64,000 nt of DNA from Bdellovibrionales bacterium GWA1_52_35 (GTDB lineage Bacteria; Bdellovibrionota; UBA1018), in contig MEPO01000027.1 of NCBI GenBank assembly GCA_001769805.1, positions 75,276-139,275 on the forward strand. The letters are read 5' to 3'. How positions within the stretch are numbered: the stretch's first letter is position 1; every line of letters starts with the position of its first letter. Under the pieces are notes generated by a model. The model worked only from the letters and a program-made list of their open reading frames with translations, made no database searches and was not told where the DNA came from. The translations under genes were made by a program, and so were the position numbers. Shown here in pieces: positions 45,635-54,823 of the stretch.

Positions 45635-47882
45635 CGGAATTTCTTACATCCCGTCGAACGTTGTTCTGACCGGAATTCCAAAAATTTCGTTCAAAGATGA
45701 TCGCGCTTTTGGGGTTCTTGATGCAAAGGGGGAATCTCCCCGACTTTATGCCGGGGCTTCAGAACTTGGATTCTATTTCAACGATACGCGATTTCTCGAA
45801 ATCTGGGAGATGACATTCAACGGTGAAGCGCCCCTCCCTCTGGCAAAGGAGGTGAGGTTTTCAGGAAACACCGTGGTGTTTTCGATGACCAACCGGGACC
45901 TGCCGCAATCCGGGGGTACGGGAAGGATAAGAAGGGACTCCCTCCTGATCCGAAGAATCATCAGTCTGGTGGGCGATCGGATTTACGAGACCGTTGATAT
46001 CAAGAATTTTGATCAGCTATCGCATACTTTGCAGGTGGAGCAATGGACGGGAGGTCGCTTTGAAGATGTATTCGAGGTTCGCGGGTTCGTGCGTCTGAAA
46101 CGCGGCAAGGTTCTTCCTACTCTTGAAGAAGAATACAACGGGAATAGATGCTCGACTCTTCAGTACGAAGGTCTCGACGGGCAGCTTCGGCGGACCCATA
46201 TATTCCGGCTATTTCGCGCTGAAAAAATCAGGCTTTCACCTGGTATTGCAGGCTATTTTTCGAGAATCACCATAGCCCCCGGGGAGACGATCGCGCTCAA
46301 AACTGTCGTTTCCTTTAATGACCCCTTCGATTGTTCTTTCCTCGGGAAGCCCTATGCGGAGTTAAGTGCCTCGGAGCAAATGGCGCTGCTGGGAGAAAGA
46401 CACCTGACAAACCCCTTTGCACCACTTGAAATCGAATCGGATAACGCCTTGATCAATCGAGCGATCACCAGCGCCCGAAAGGACATTTTCACCCTGCTGA
46501 CCCGTGAGGAGAATGGCTTGCTTTATCCTTACGCTGGCATTCCCTGGTTTTCAGCCCCCTTCGGGCGAGACGGCCTGATCACCGCCTATCAAATGCTTCC
46601 CTGGAATACGCAGCTGGCCTGCGGAGTACTGGACTATGCCTTTCAACTCCTGGGAACGAAGGACGATCCGTTTACCGATGAGCAGATCGGAAAGGTTTTT
46701 CATGAAATGCGCCGAGGTGAGATGAGCATCACCCGGGAGGTGCCCTTTATCCCCTATTATGGCTCTGTTGATTCCACCCCTCTCGCATTGATTCTTCTCC
46801 ACGAGTACATCCGATGGACGTTGGACCTTCGAAGACTGAAAACCTGGTGGCCCTCAGCACTCAAAGCCCTCCACTGGATTGACCGGGCGATCAATTCGGA
46901 TCGGGATGGCTTTGTGGGATACGAAAAACTTTCGCCAACCGGTTTAGTGAACCAGGGATGGAAGGACTCCCATGACTCGGTCATGCATAATAACGGGAAG
47001 CTTGCCACTTCTCCCATCCGACTATGCGAAGTTCAAGGTTACACATTCCGTGCAAAAATGGGCATGTCTGCTCTCGCCCAGCTCCTGGGGGATTCGTCGC
47101 TCGCGGAAAGGCTGCGTATTGAGGCACTAAACCTTCGCTCCAGATTCATGGAGCGGTTTTGGGATAGTGAGTCCTCCTACTTGTATCTGGCACTCGACGG
47201 AGCAGACCAACCCTGCAAGGTGCGAAGCTCCAACATGGGCCATTGTCTTTGGACTCAGATTTTACCGCGAGAACATGCGCGAAAAGTTTCGAAACTCCTG
47301 ATGTCAGACGCGATGTTCAGTGGCTATGGAATTCGAACTCTGAGCGACACCGAGAAAATGTACAACCCGCTCAGCTATCACAATGGATCGGTCTGGCCGC
47401 ATGATAATTCCATGATCATGGAGGGGTTCAGGCTCTACAATCATCGCCCAGAACTCGAAAATCTGGCCCTCGCTTTGATCGGTGTCTTGGATTCCAGTGA
47501 CGACTTCCGCCTGCCAGAACTTTACTGTGGTTTCAGGAAAAGAGGCAGCGAACCACCAGTCCCTTATGAGGTTGCCTGTAAGCCGCAAGCCTGGGCTGCG
47601 GGATCAGTATTTCTCATGTTAAAATCACTGATCGGCATCAGCATGGATGCCGATCAGAGCTACCTTGTATTCTCGTCACCGACGCTGACCCATAAAATGG
47701 ACCACCTCTCAATCCGCGGTTTACGCGGTAGAGACTGGGAGCTGGACCTGTCGCTCCACAGAACGGCCCACAATGAGACTGTCGTGGAAGTGACCAAAAA
47801 AACAGGCTCAGTAAAGGTGCTTACCGTCCGGCAGCAGCGTGAACCCCTGCAACCAGAAGGGCCAAATAACTTTCCGGCTTGA
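45573..47882 (+). CDS. Amylo-alpha-1,6-glucosidase / glycogen debranching family
   Basis: AGIPWF..FGRD, GKVFHE.R, YYGSVDSTPL, NQGWKDS, YHNGSVWPHDN, LPEL.CG, PQAWAAG. Confidence 0.92.
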   Translation: MSIDPSVGPPPESSTAPITIDGISYIPSNVVLTGIPKISFKDDRAFGVLDAKGESPRLYAGASELGFYFNDTRFLEIWEMTFNGEAPLPLAKEVRFSGNTVVFSMTNRDLPQSGGTGRIRRDSLLIRRIISLVGDRIYETVDIKNFDQLSHTLQVEQWTGGRFEDVFEVRGFVRLKRGKVLPTLEEEYNGNRCSTLQYEGLDGQLRRTHIFRLFRAEKIRLSPGIAGYFSRITIAPGETIALKTVVSFNDPFDCSFLGKPYAELSASEQMALLGERHLTNPFAPLEIESDNALINRAITSARKDIFTLLTREENGLLYPYAGIPWFSAPFGRDGLITAYQMLPWNTQLACGVLDYAFQLLGTKDDPFTDEQIGKVFHEMRRGEMSITREVPFIPYYGSVDSTPLALILLHEYIRWTLDLRRLKTWWPSALKALHWIDRAINSDRDGFVGYEKLSPTGLVNQGWKDSHDSVMHNNGKLATSPIRLCEVQGYTFRAKMGMSALAQLLGDSSLAERLRIEALNLRSRFMERFWDSESSYLYLALDGADQPCKVRSSNMGHCLWTQILPREHARKVSKLLMSDAMFSGYGIRTLSDTEKMYNPLSYHNGSVWPHDNSMIMEGFRLYNHRPELENLALALIGVLDSSDDFRLPELYCGFRKRGSEPPVPYEVACKPQAWAAGSVFLMLKSLIGISMDADQSYLVFSSPTLTHKMDHLSIRGLRGRDWELDLSLHRTAHNETVVEVTKKTGSVKVLTVRQQREPLQPEGPNNFPA

Positions 47883-48657
47883 GGCTCGCTCCGCCCACGA
47901 GTGCCCCATCCACGTTTGGACAGGCCAAAAGGGAGTTGACGTTCTCTGGTGTCACACTCCCCCCATAGAGGACCTGAGCCTTCTCTGCCGCGCTGGTATC
48001 AACCTGCTCAGACAGGAACCGGCGCACGATCCTGTGAGCTTCTTCCGCCTGCTCAGGAGTCGCCGTCAATCCCGTACCGATCGCCCAGACAGGTTCGTAT
48101 GCCAGCACAAGCCGTCCATCCAGATAAACCGAGGCGCCCGATTCGGCTGAGGGAAACAGCCCCCTCAATTGCCTCGTCAGCACCTGCTCTGTCTGTCCCG
48201 CTTCTCTTTCTGCCCGGGTCTCCCCAATACATGCGATGACTTTGAAATTCTGGGTCAAAAGACTTTCCGTACGCTTGCGCACGGTTTCGTCCGTATCCCC
48301 AAAAAACTGGCGACGCTCAGAATGGCCCGTCAGCACCCAGCTCAAGCCAAGCTCCGCGAGCAATTGTCCCGAGACTTCTCCCGTAAAAGCGCCGCTTTTC
48401 TCCCAATGGGCATTTTGCGCCGCGATTTCAACGGGAAAAGAGAGCATTTTTGCCGCCTCTAGGGCCCGACTCAGACTGAGATACGGAGGAATGATACAGG
48501 CCTTGAGCTTTCCGTTCCGGAACAGTTCAAGAGATTCTCCAGGCATCGCCTGTGCTGCTCGTTCCTTCAGCTCCGAAAAAAACTTTCCAGTGGCTGCGGG
48601 TCCGTTATTCATCTTCCAGTTGCCAGCAATCAATATTCCACGACTATTCATGGCCAT
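47821..48657 (-). CDS. tpiA: Triosephosphate isomerase
   Basis: AGNWKM, GAFTGE, GHSERR, AYEPVWAIGTG, YGGSV, LVGGASL. Confidence 0.97.
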   Translation of the reverse strand: MAMNSRGILIAGNWKMNNGPAATGKFFSELKERAAQAMPGESLELFRNGKLKACIIPPYLSLSRALEAAKMLSFPVEIAAQNAHWEKSGAFTGEVSGQLLAELGLSWVLTGHSERRQFFGDTDETVRKRTESLLTQNFKVIACIGETRAEREAGQTEQVLTRQLRGLFPSAESGASVYLDGRLVLAYEPVWAIGTGLTATPEQAEEAHRIVRRFLSEQVDTSAAEKAQVLYGGSVTPENVNSLLACPNVDGALVGGASLKPESYLALLVAGVHAAAGR

Positions 48658-48659
48658 GC

Positions 48660-49859
48660 TCAAAGGTGCTTCTGTTCGGTTGCGAGCTGCCGGGTGGTTT
48701 GCTTCAGAATCTCAATGCCGGGAAGGCCATGCCCTTCGAGGTATTCGAGCACGGCGCCGCCACCGGTGGACAGGTGATCAAACTTGTCCGCGACTCCCGA
48801 ATTCTTGATTGCCGAGACAGTGTCTCCACCTCCCACGACTTTCAGTGCCGAAAAATTCGCAACGGCCTTGGCAATATCAAAAGTTCCTGCAGAATATTCG
48901 GGTTTCTCGAACCAGCCCATGGGACCGTTCCAGAAAATCGTCTTCGCGGAACCCAGGAAATCGATATACTTCTTTATGGTCTCCTCGCCGATATCGAAGC
49001 CGAGATTGGTATCATCCGGAATCAGGATTTTCATTTCCTTCTTTTCCGCCTCGCGCATGATATTGCGGGCAGCTTCAACATCATCGGGTTTCGGTTGCTT
49101 CGCACCCTGGGGAACCGTGATTCCTTTGGCCGCCCAGAAGGCATGGGCCATCGCTCCTCCGATCAGGAAGGCATCCACGCTGCGCATCAGAGATTCGATG
49201 GTCTTGATTTTGTCCGTTACCTTCGCCCCACCCAGAACCGCATAAAACGGCTTTTTCGGATTATGTAAAAGCGGGTCGAGGAACTTCAGTTCCTTTTCGA
49301 TCAAAAAGCCCATGCCTTTGACCGGAACAAGCACCGGAACTCCATACGTCGAGGCATGTTTGCGATGAGCGGTACCGAAAGCATCGTTGATATAAACCTG
49401 GGCGAGCCGTGCAAGGCGTCCGGCGAAAGCCGTTTCATTTTCTTCTTCTTCGGCGTGAAAACGAAGATTTTCGAGCAGGAGCACCTGGCCATTTTTAAGA
49501 CTCTTGGCCATGAGTTCGATTCCATCGCCCACGCAATCATCAGCCAGAGTCACGTCCTGACCCAGCAACACCTGAAGACGGCGGGCAACGGGTGCCAGGG
49601 AAAATTCCGGCTTGCGCTTTCCGTCAGGTCTTCCGAGATGCGAAGCCAATATGAGCTTTGCGCCCTTTTCAATCGCATACTTGATGGTGGGCAGGGCTTC
49701 GACAATTCGGTTGTCGTCTTCAACATGGCACTCGCCATTTGCATCCGGCTTGCTCGTGGGAACATTGAAATCCACGCGTATAAAAACAGTTTTGCCAGTG
49801 ATCTCGAGGTCGCGGATGCTCTTGATTGATCCAGTGTTTTGAGTCGATGTCGTTGCCAT
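48660..49859 (-). CDS. pgk: Phosphoglycerate kinase
   Basis: RVDFNVP, SHLGRP, LLENLRF, DAFGTAHR, WNGPMG.FE, STGGGA. Confidence 0.97.
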   Translation of the reverse strand: MATTSTQNTGSIKSIRDLEITGKTVFIRVDFNVPTSKPDANGECHVEDDNRIVEALPTIKYAIEKGAKLILASHLGRPDGKRKPEFSLAPVARRLQVLLGQDVTLADDCVGDGIELMAKSLKNGQVLLLENLRFHAEEEENETAFAGRLARLAQVYINDAFGTAHRKHASTYGVPVLVPVKGMGFLIEKELKFLDPLLHNPKKPFYAVLGGAKVTDKIKTIESLMRSVDAFLIGGAMAHAFWAAKGITVPQGAKQPKPDDVEAARNIMREAEKKEMKILIPDDTNLGFDIGEETIKKYIDFLGSAKTIFWNGPMGWFEKPEYSAGTFDIAKAVANFSALKVVGGGDTVSAIKNSGVADKFDHLSTGGGAVLEYLEGHGLPGIEILKQTTRQLATEQKHL

Positions 49860-50872
49860 TAGAGTCCCTTTCTTGCCATAAAGGCTGTGAGATCGAGCAT
49901 TCTTGCTGAAAAACCCGTCTCGTTGTCATACCATGCGAGAACTTTCACAAAGTTCCCATGAATTACACTCGTTTGCTCAGCATCTAGAGTCGCACTGAAG
50001 AGTGATCCGTTGAAATCGACCGAAACCAGAGGTTCCGTCGAATATCCTAAAATTCCCTGAAACGCTCCCGTGGCTGCGCTTTCGAAAACCCTGTTCAGAG
50101 CCTCTTTATCCGTCGATCGGGCAAGCTCGCAGGTGAAATCAAGAATCGAAACATTGGGTGTTGGAACCCGGACGGAGGTCCCGGTGATCTTGCCTTGCAG
50201 TTGCGGCAAAACCAGACCGACGGCCTTCGTTGCGCCTGTGGTGGTCGGAATCATCGAGAGGGCTGCGGCCCGGGAGCGGCGTAAATCTTTGTGCGGGAAA
50301 TCGAGAACATTCTGATCATTCGTGTAACTGTGAATTGTCAGCATGGCTCCGCGGATAATTCCAAAATGCTCGTCCAGAACTTTACATACGGGGGCGAGAC
50401 AATTGGTCGTGCAGGAGGAATTGGAAATAATGCTGTGTCGGACAGGATCGTAAGTCTGCTCATTCACACCCATGCAAACAGTGAGATCGGCATCCTTGGA
50501 AGGGGCTGAAATAATGACTCGCTTCGCCCCCGATTGAAGGTGCAAGGCGCATTTTTCTTTTTCGGTAAATACGCCGGTGCACTCATGCACAAGTTCCGCG
50601 CCGAGAGAAGACCAGGGCAAGCGGGAAGGATCTCTTTCTGCTGTGAGCCTGATTTTCCTGGAGCCCAGCAGAATCGTATCCCCCTCAAGCTGGACACCCT
50701 CTCTTAGTGTGCCGTGAACCGAGTCATATTTAAGAAGATGAATGATCTGCTCGGGCCGGCAAAGGTCGTTGATCCCCACGATTTCAATATCATCTCGTTG
50801 GAGAGCCAGTCGCGTGATCACCCGACCAATACGACCGAAGCCATTTATAGCGACCCTTGTTCTAGGGGACAT
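49859..50872 (-). CDS. gap: Glyceraldehyde-3-phosphate dehydrogenase type I
   Basis: INGFGRIGR, SCTTNCLAP, RVPT.NVS, WYDNE. Confidence 0.96.
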   Translation of the reverse strand: MSPRTRVAINGFGRIGRVITRLALQRDDIEIVGINDLCRPEQIIHLLKYDSVHGTLREGVQLEGDTILLGSRKIRLTAERDPSRLPWSSLGAELVHECTGVFTEKEKCALHLQSGAKRVIISAPSKDADLTVCMGVNEQTYDPVRHSIISNSSCTTNCLAPVCKVLDEHFGIIRGAMLTIHSYTNDQNVLDFPHKDLRRSRAAALSMIPTTTGATKAVGLVLPQLQGKITGTSVRVPTPNVSILDFTCELARSTDKEALNRVFESAATGAFQGILGYSTEPLVSVDFNGSLFSATLDAEQTSVIHGNFVKVLAWYDNETGFSARMLDLTAFMARKGL

Positions 50873-50949
50873 GGATGATGGTTATACCTGCCGAGTATTT
50901 TGATTTCAATCAAGCAACCATGACTAAGGGTGCCATTTTGTTGGAAAGT

Positions 50950-51597
50950 TCAGCGCCCGACCAATCGCAAGGCATTCCGGGATTTGAGAGAAGAGCCAAT
51001 CTCTTCCCGGAGGTGGGCTATCGATTCTTCGAGTTTGGTCTCGGCGACCACTTCCTTCATAAACTGCAAAGCGCGTTGTGCCTCAGCCTGGGAAATCGGT
51101 CCGGGTGGGATTTGATTTTCTGCCGCGATGTATCGATCCCGGGTTTTCTGAAGCAAGCCTTCCATGGAATCAATCAGGCCCGAGTAACGGGTCAACAGAG
51201 TTTCTGTCAGGCGGAGGAGTTCCGAATGAGCAACGGCTTTTTTGATCGTATGCCGGAATTCCGTGGGGTGAAAAGGTTTGTCCAATAGCGCAAAAACTCC
51301 CAAATCCAGCGCTTTTACTGCATGACTTTTGTCGGCATAACCAGAAACCACGATCACAGGTGATTCAATTTTCAAGTTTCTCACATGCTCGGTGAGCTGC
51401 AGGCCGTCCATTCCCGGCATTTTGATGTCCGTTACAAAAACAGCGGGAGGACTCCCCGTCTGTAAAGCCGCGATCACCTCCGTCGCAGATGAAAAGGTCC
51501 GTACATCAAAATACTGATTGAGCAACTCCGTACAGGTCTCCAATAAGTCCGCTTCGTCGTCGATGAGCCAGACTGTCGTTTTGGTACTCTCGTTCAT
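50950..51597 (-). CDS. Response regulator (REC plus helical/coiled-coil tail)
   Basis: IDDE, TDIKMPGMDG, SGY, KPF. Confidence 0.88.
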   Translation of the reverse strand: MNESTKTTVWLIDDEADLLETCTELLNQYFDVRTFSSATEVIAALQTGSPPAVFVTDIKMPGMDGLQLTEHVRNLKIESPVIVVSGYADKSHAVKALDLGVFALLDKPFHPTEFRHTIKKAVAHSELLRLTETLLTRYSGLIDSMEGLLQKTRDRYIAAENQIPPGPISQAEAQRALQFMKEVVAETKLEESIAHLREEIGSSLKSRNALRLVGR

Positions 51598-51733
51598 GGG
51601 ATCCCCTCTTGATAACTTGTCTTAGTGTGTCGACTTTTTCACTTTAAGAAATGAACTATTTTTTTCAAACTTTTTGTCAAGAACATGACACAGCACAATA
51701 CTCAAGGTTACAGAGCGTCATGACGAAACATAG

Positions 51734-52711
51734 ATGATGAGTACCGATCACCCGGCACGCAAATGCCAACTGGCAAATTACGACGACCTGTTCCTCCGGC
51801 TGAGGGACGCAGCATTGCTGGTCGGTACGGAAGAATTCGAGATCCTCGACTGCAACGATGTTTGTGAGACCCTTCTCGGACAATCCTCCAGCGAACTCCT
51901 GGGCCAGAGCATTCAACGCTGGTCTCCGGAACCGCGGAGAGAGGAACTGTTGAAAACACTGCGCGTGACCCGAAGGCGCTATCACCCGCGGGAATGGGCG
52001 ACAGAGCTGCTGAGGCGGGACGGAACTCCGATGCCCGTCCGCATCAATGCCTGCATGCTCAAACTGAACAATGGACAAGAAGCAATTCAACTCATGTTTC
52101 GAGACATCACCGATGAGATCGAGGCTCAGACTAAAATTCAACTTTATATCGGACAACTTGAGGTTTTGAACAAAAAGCTGGAAGCACTCTCCACAACTGA
52201 CGAGATGACCCAACTGCCAAACTTCCGCGAATTCCAGAACCAGCTCCGGGCCGAACATAGCCGTTCGAGCCGCTATGAAAGCGTGTATTCGATCCTGTTT
52301 TTTGACGTCGATCATTTCAAAAACTACAACGACAGGAACGGACACCCGGCAGGCGATGAGGTTTTACGTCAAATCGCGAAAATTCTGAGAAATAGCTGTC
52401 GAGATACGGATTTTCCTGCCCGTTACGGCGGCGAGGAATTTGTGATCCTGTGTCCCGAAGTCCCCTGGCAGAAAGCTCAGGTCGTAGCGCAAAGAGTGGC
52501 TAAAAAGATCGCGGAGTTTGCATTTCCCTTCGGCGAATTCCAACCGCTAGGACAGGTATCCGTCAGTATCGGAATAGCTAGCTACCCGCAGGACGGCAGC
52601 ACCGCAGAACAAGTGCTGGAAGCCTCCGATAAAGCCGTCTATCAGTCCAAAAAGGACGGGCGAAACCGGATCACTGCTTTCAGCGAGCATAAAAGCCCCC
52701 CCCCCAGCTGA
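51734..52711 (+). CDS. PAS-GGDEF diguanylate cyclase
   Basis: PAS domain, coiled coil, D.MT.LPN, DVDHFK.YND..GH..GD, RDTD I-site and GGEEF. Confidence 0.94.
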   Translation: MMSTDHPARKCQLANYDDLFLRLRDAALLVGTEEFEILDCNDVCETLLGQSSSELLGQSIQRWSPEPRREELLKTLRVTRRRYHPREWATELLRRDGTPMPVRINACMLKLNNGQEAIQLMFRDITDEIEAQTKIQLYIGQLEVLNKKLEALSTTDEMTQLPNFREFQNQLRAEHSRSSRYESVYSILFFDVDHFKNYNDRNGHPAGDEVLRQIAKILRNSCRDTDFPARYGGEEFVILCPEVPWQKAQVVAQRVAKKIAEFAFPFGEFQPLGQVSVSIGIASYPQDGSTAEQVLEASDKAVYQSKKDGRNRITAFSEHKSPPPS

Positions 52712-52755
52712 GTCTTTCACCATCGTTTTGTGTATGTTAGGATCCCAGACGAACC

Positions 52756-53184
52756 ATGAACCGGATCTATTTGCTCATTATTATTGTTTTTACGTGCTGC
52801 ATGCCCTTGGGTTGCGGCAGCCCCAAAGCTTTGCAACCGGAAACCAGCACCTGCGTTCAGGGGCAGGCCATCATAGCCGTTTTCGACGGTCTCCTTCAGA
52901 ACCTCTGCGGGTGCCAGGAAACTCCGGGGACTTATGGTACCCTGGATACACCTCTGACCTGTACAGTTTCAGCCGGTTCACGGGTGGCCTTTTTCTACTC
53001 CAATACCCAGCTCATTCATCAACTGATCCCAGCCGAAAATTCGACGTTCGTAGCAAGTCCCGTTTCCGACCCGAATGGGGTATTGAAAGTTCCTGCGCAT
53101 GAAATGATTTTTGATACCCAGGGGATTTATCGTTTCCGGGATGCCTTCAATACCGGCATTCGGGGCCAAATCATTGTTCAGTAA
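52756..53184 (+). CDS. Lipoprotein, possibly cupredoxin-like fold
   Basis: Lipobox-like PLGC; C-terminal F...G.YRF......RGQIIV resembles a plastocyanin-type C-terminus. Confidence 0.5.
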   Translation: MNRIYLLIIIVFTCCMPLGCGSPKALQPETSTCVQGQAIIAVFDGLLQNLCGCQETPGTYGTLDTPLTCTVSAGSRVAFFYSNTQLIHQLIPAENSTFVASPVSDPNGVLKVPAHEMIFDTQGIYRFRDAFNTGIRGQIIVQ

Positions 53185-53232
53185 GCCCACTTCGGTCAGT
53201 AATTCCTTAATGTTGGGCAAATTTTTCCCTGT

Positions 53233-53259
53233 TAAGTACGCCGTCCCTCTCTCCGATAG
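53233..53259 (+). promoter_or_regulatory. Putative sigma-28 promoter
   Basis: TAAG-N15-TCCGATAG upstream of the 53296 and 53504 small ORFs. Confidence 0.6.
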
Positions 53260-53295
53260 AGCTATTGAAGAATCACATTATCCAGGAGGGATACC

Positions 53296-53499
53296 ATGCA
53301 GAAGAATTCAAACCAGAATACCCGAAATGAAGAGACCACCACCGAAGTCCTTTATCAGCGTCTGGGATCTCGTTGGTATGCATTCTCTCTGATTGACGAT
53401 GAAGTATTTGTTGGTTCGATTTCAGAAGATGAAGTGGAAGGTCTTTGGCTGGACGCCATTCCAAACAACTCCCTGCAAGCTCCTCATCTGAACCGGTGA
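53296..53499 (+). CDS. Small hypothetical protein (67 aa)
   Basis: Strong AGGAGG RBS; compact beta-rich core TEVLYQRLGSRWYAFSLIDDEVFVG. Confidence 0.7.
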   Translation: MQKNSNQNTRNEETTTEVLYQRLGSRWYAFSLIDDEVFVGSISEDEVEGLWLDAIPNNSLQAPHLNR

Positions 53500-53503
53500 T
53501 TGC

Positions 53504-53665
53504 ATGCCTGCAAATATAAAGGCTCCGGAAGATGCGCGGCTGGTTCGCATACTCCAGGAGAAAATTTCTGAACTCGTTTCAACCCATCCGCAAAAAGCTG
53601 CCATTATTTTGACAGCGTGGCTCAATCAGGCCTCCTCCCGCACGTACAAAAAGAAAGTCGGCTAG
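53504..53665 (+). CDS. 53-aa microprotein resembling the FliF C-terminal FliG-binding segment (not in the ORF track)
   Basis: MPANIKAPEDARLVRILQEKISELVSTHPQKAAIILTAWLNQASSRTYKKKVG; starts 4 nt after the upstream stop. Confidence 0.6.
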   Translation: MPANIKAPEDARLVRILQEKISELVSTHPQKAAIILTAWLNQASSRTYKKKVG

Positions 53666-53710
53666 CTCCCTGACGTGATATTCTTGATTCAGAACGAATC
53701 GGGGGAAGCC

Positions 53711-53863
53711 ATGCTGAAGTACTGCATTCCACTCGCAGCACTACTCATCTCAACAAGCCTGTCGCCGCTCGGCACGCTGTCCAGAGCAAACAGAAGCCCG
53801 GCGATCATTGCGCCGGCCATGGTGGATTATTCGATGCCCGGCAGAGCCGGGAATCAGAGATAG
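53711..53863 (+). CDS. Possible 50-aa exported peptide
   Basis: GGGGGAAG upstream; signal-like MLKYCIPLAALLISTSL. Confidence 0.3.
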   Translation: MLKYCIPLAALLISTSLSPLGTLSRANRSPAIIAPAMVDYSMPGRAGNQR

Positions 53864-54339
53864 AAAACCGTCACATCGCCCAGATCCTTGTGGGCATGCT
53901 CGGAATAGGTTTCCAAAAATCTTACAAACTGCTGATAAGCCGTATAAGAGCCCAACTTTTGATCCACCGAGCAACCAAAGCGCATGTAGGAAGCATTGCG
54001 ATCGATGGCGGGTCTTGAGTTCTGAATTTTTACGTGGATCTCAAGGTACGTGTCTTGGCTGAAATAGAGCCGTAAGGGAATTTCGTCGGCATCTTTGGGC
54101 CAGGACTGGGAGGCTTCGTAGGGAACCTGGAAAGAGATTCCGTCTTCGCTGACGTCCACGATTTCAATCGGCTTCATCTGGGATTGACCCATGACTGAAT
54201 ATACGCTGAGCAGCTGTTTGAAGAAGATACGTTCTGTTTTACGCCGCTTCTCGTCCAGGCGTTTGGCCCGTACCTCGCTGAAATCGATGACGCGCTTTGT
54301 TTCCGTTCCCTGGCCTGAATTACCTGTTCCTTGGGGCAT
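53854..54339 (-). CDS. PilZ domain protein
   Basis: RRKTER (RxxxR) and DVSEDG (DxSxxG); GGAGG RBS. Confidence 0.85.
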   Translation of the reverse strand: MPQGTGNSGQGTETKRVIDFSEVRAKRLDEKRRKTERIFFKQLLSVYSVMGQSQMKPIEIVDVSEDGISFQVPYEASQSWPKDADEIPLRLYFSQDTYLEIHVKIQNSRPAIDRNASYMRFGCSVDQKLGSYTAYQQFVRFLETYSEHAHKDLGDVTVFYL

Positions 54340-54359
54340 TGCGAAATCCTCCAAGGGAC

Positions 54360-54386
54360 CTATCGGAAGCAAATTGAAGGCCCTAA
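54360..54386 (-). promoter_or_regulatory. Putative sigma-28 promoter
   Basis: TTAG-N15-TCCGATAG, 20 nt upstream of the PilZ ATG 54339. Confidence 0.55.
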
Positions 54387-54424
54387 ATGAGAAACTTTTG
54401 CTCGCTAATTATTGCCCAGCAAGA

Positions 54425-54823
54425 TCAGACGGGCGGCTGTGCCTCAATCTCAGCAATATCAACGATACTGTCGAGCATCTGTATGAAAGTATTGAATGCC
54501 CGGTAGCTTTTGGACATTTTGTCAGGAAATTCAGCGCCGATTTTACGGGTGGTGCGGTTCTCATCGACGCGCATCACCTGAACAGTGAGCGGCAGGAAAA
54601 GCGATTGATTCAAGTACAGGCGAATATCCAGCGTGTCACCGGGAACTGCCGGAAAAGTCTCTTGTGACTCACCCTCTGTATCCAGCTCGAAGCCGATCCC
54701 TGATTCGCTGACGTCGAGAACCTGCAGGCGATGCACACCCTTTCTGGGTACAACCACAAAAAACGAGAATGTACTTAAAATGGGGCGTCTTTTTGAACGA
54801 CGTCGGTCGATATTACTCGTCAT
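54425..54823 (-). CDS. PilZ domain protein
   Basis: RRRSKRR, DVSESG, IGAEF. Confidence 0.88.
   Translation of the reverse strand: MTSNIDRRRSKRRPILSTFSFFVVVPRKGVHRLQVLDVSESGIGFELDTEGESQETFPAVPGDTLDIRLYLNQSLFLPLTVQVMRVDENRTTRKIGAEFPDKMSKSYRAFNTFIQMLDSIVDIAEIEAQPPV

Noticed and set aside
47821..47882. 62-nt convergent overlap of the debranching enzyme and tpiA
   Set aside because: Involves only non-conserved tails; common in compact genomes
52696..52705. C10 homopolymer as a phase-variation site
   Set aside because: Lies in the last codons of the DGC, so slippage would alter only the extreme C-terminus
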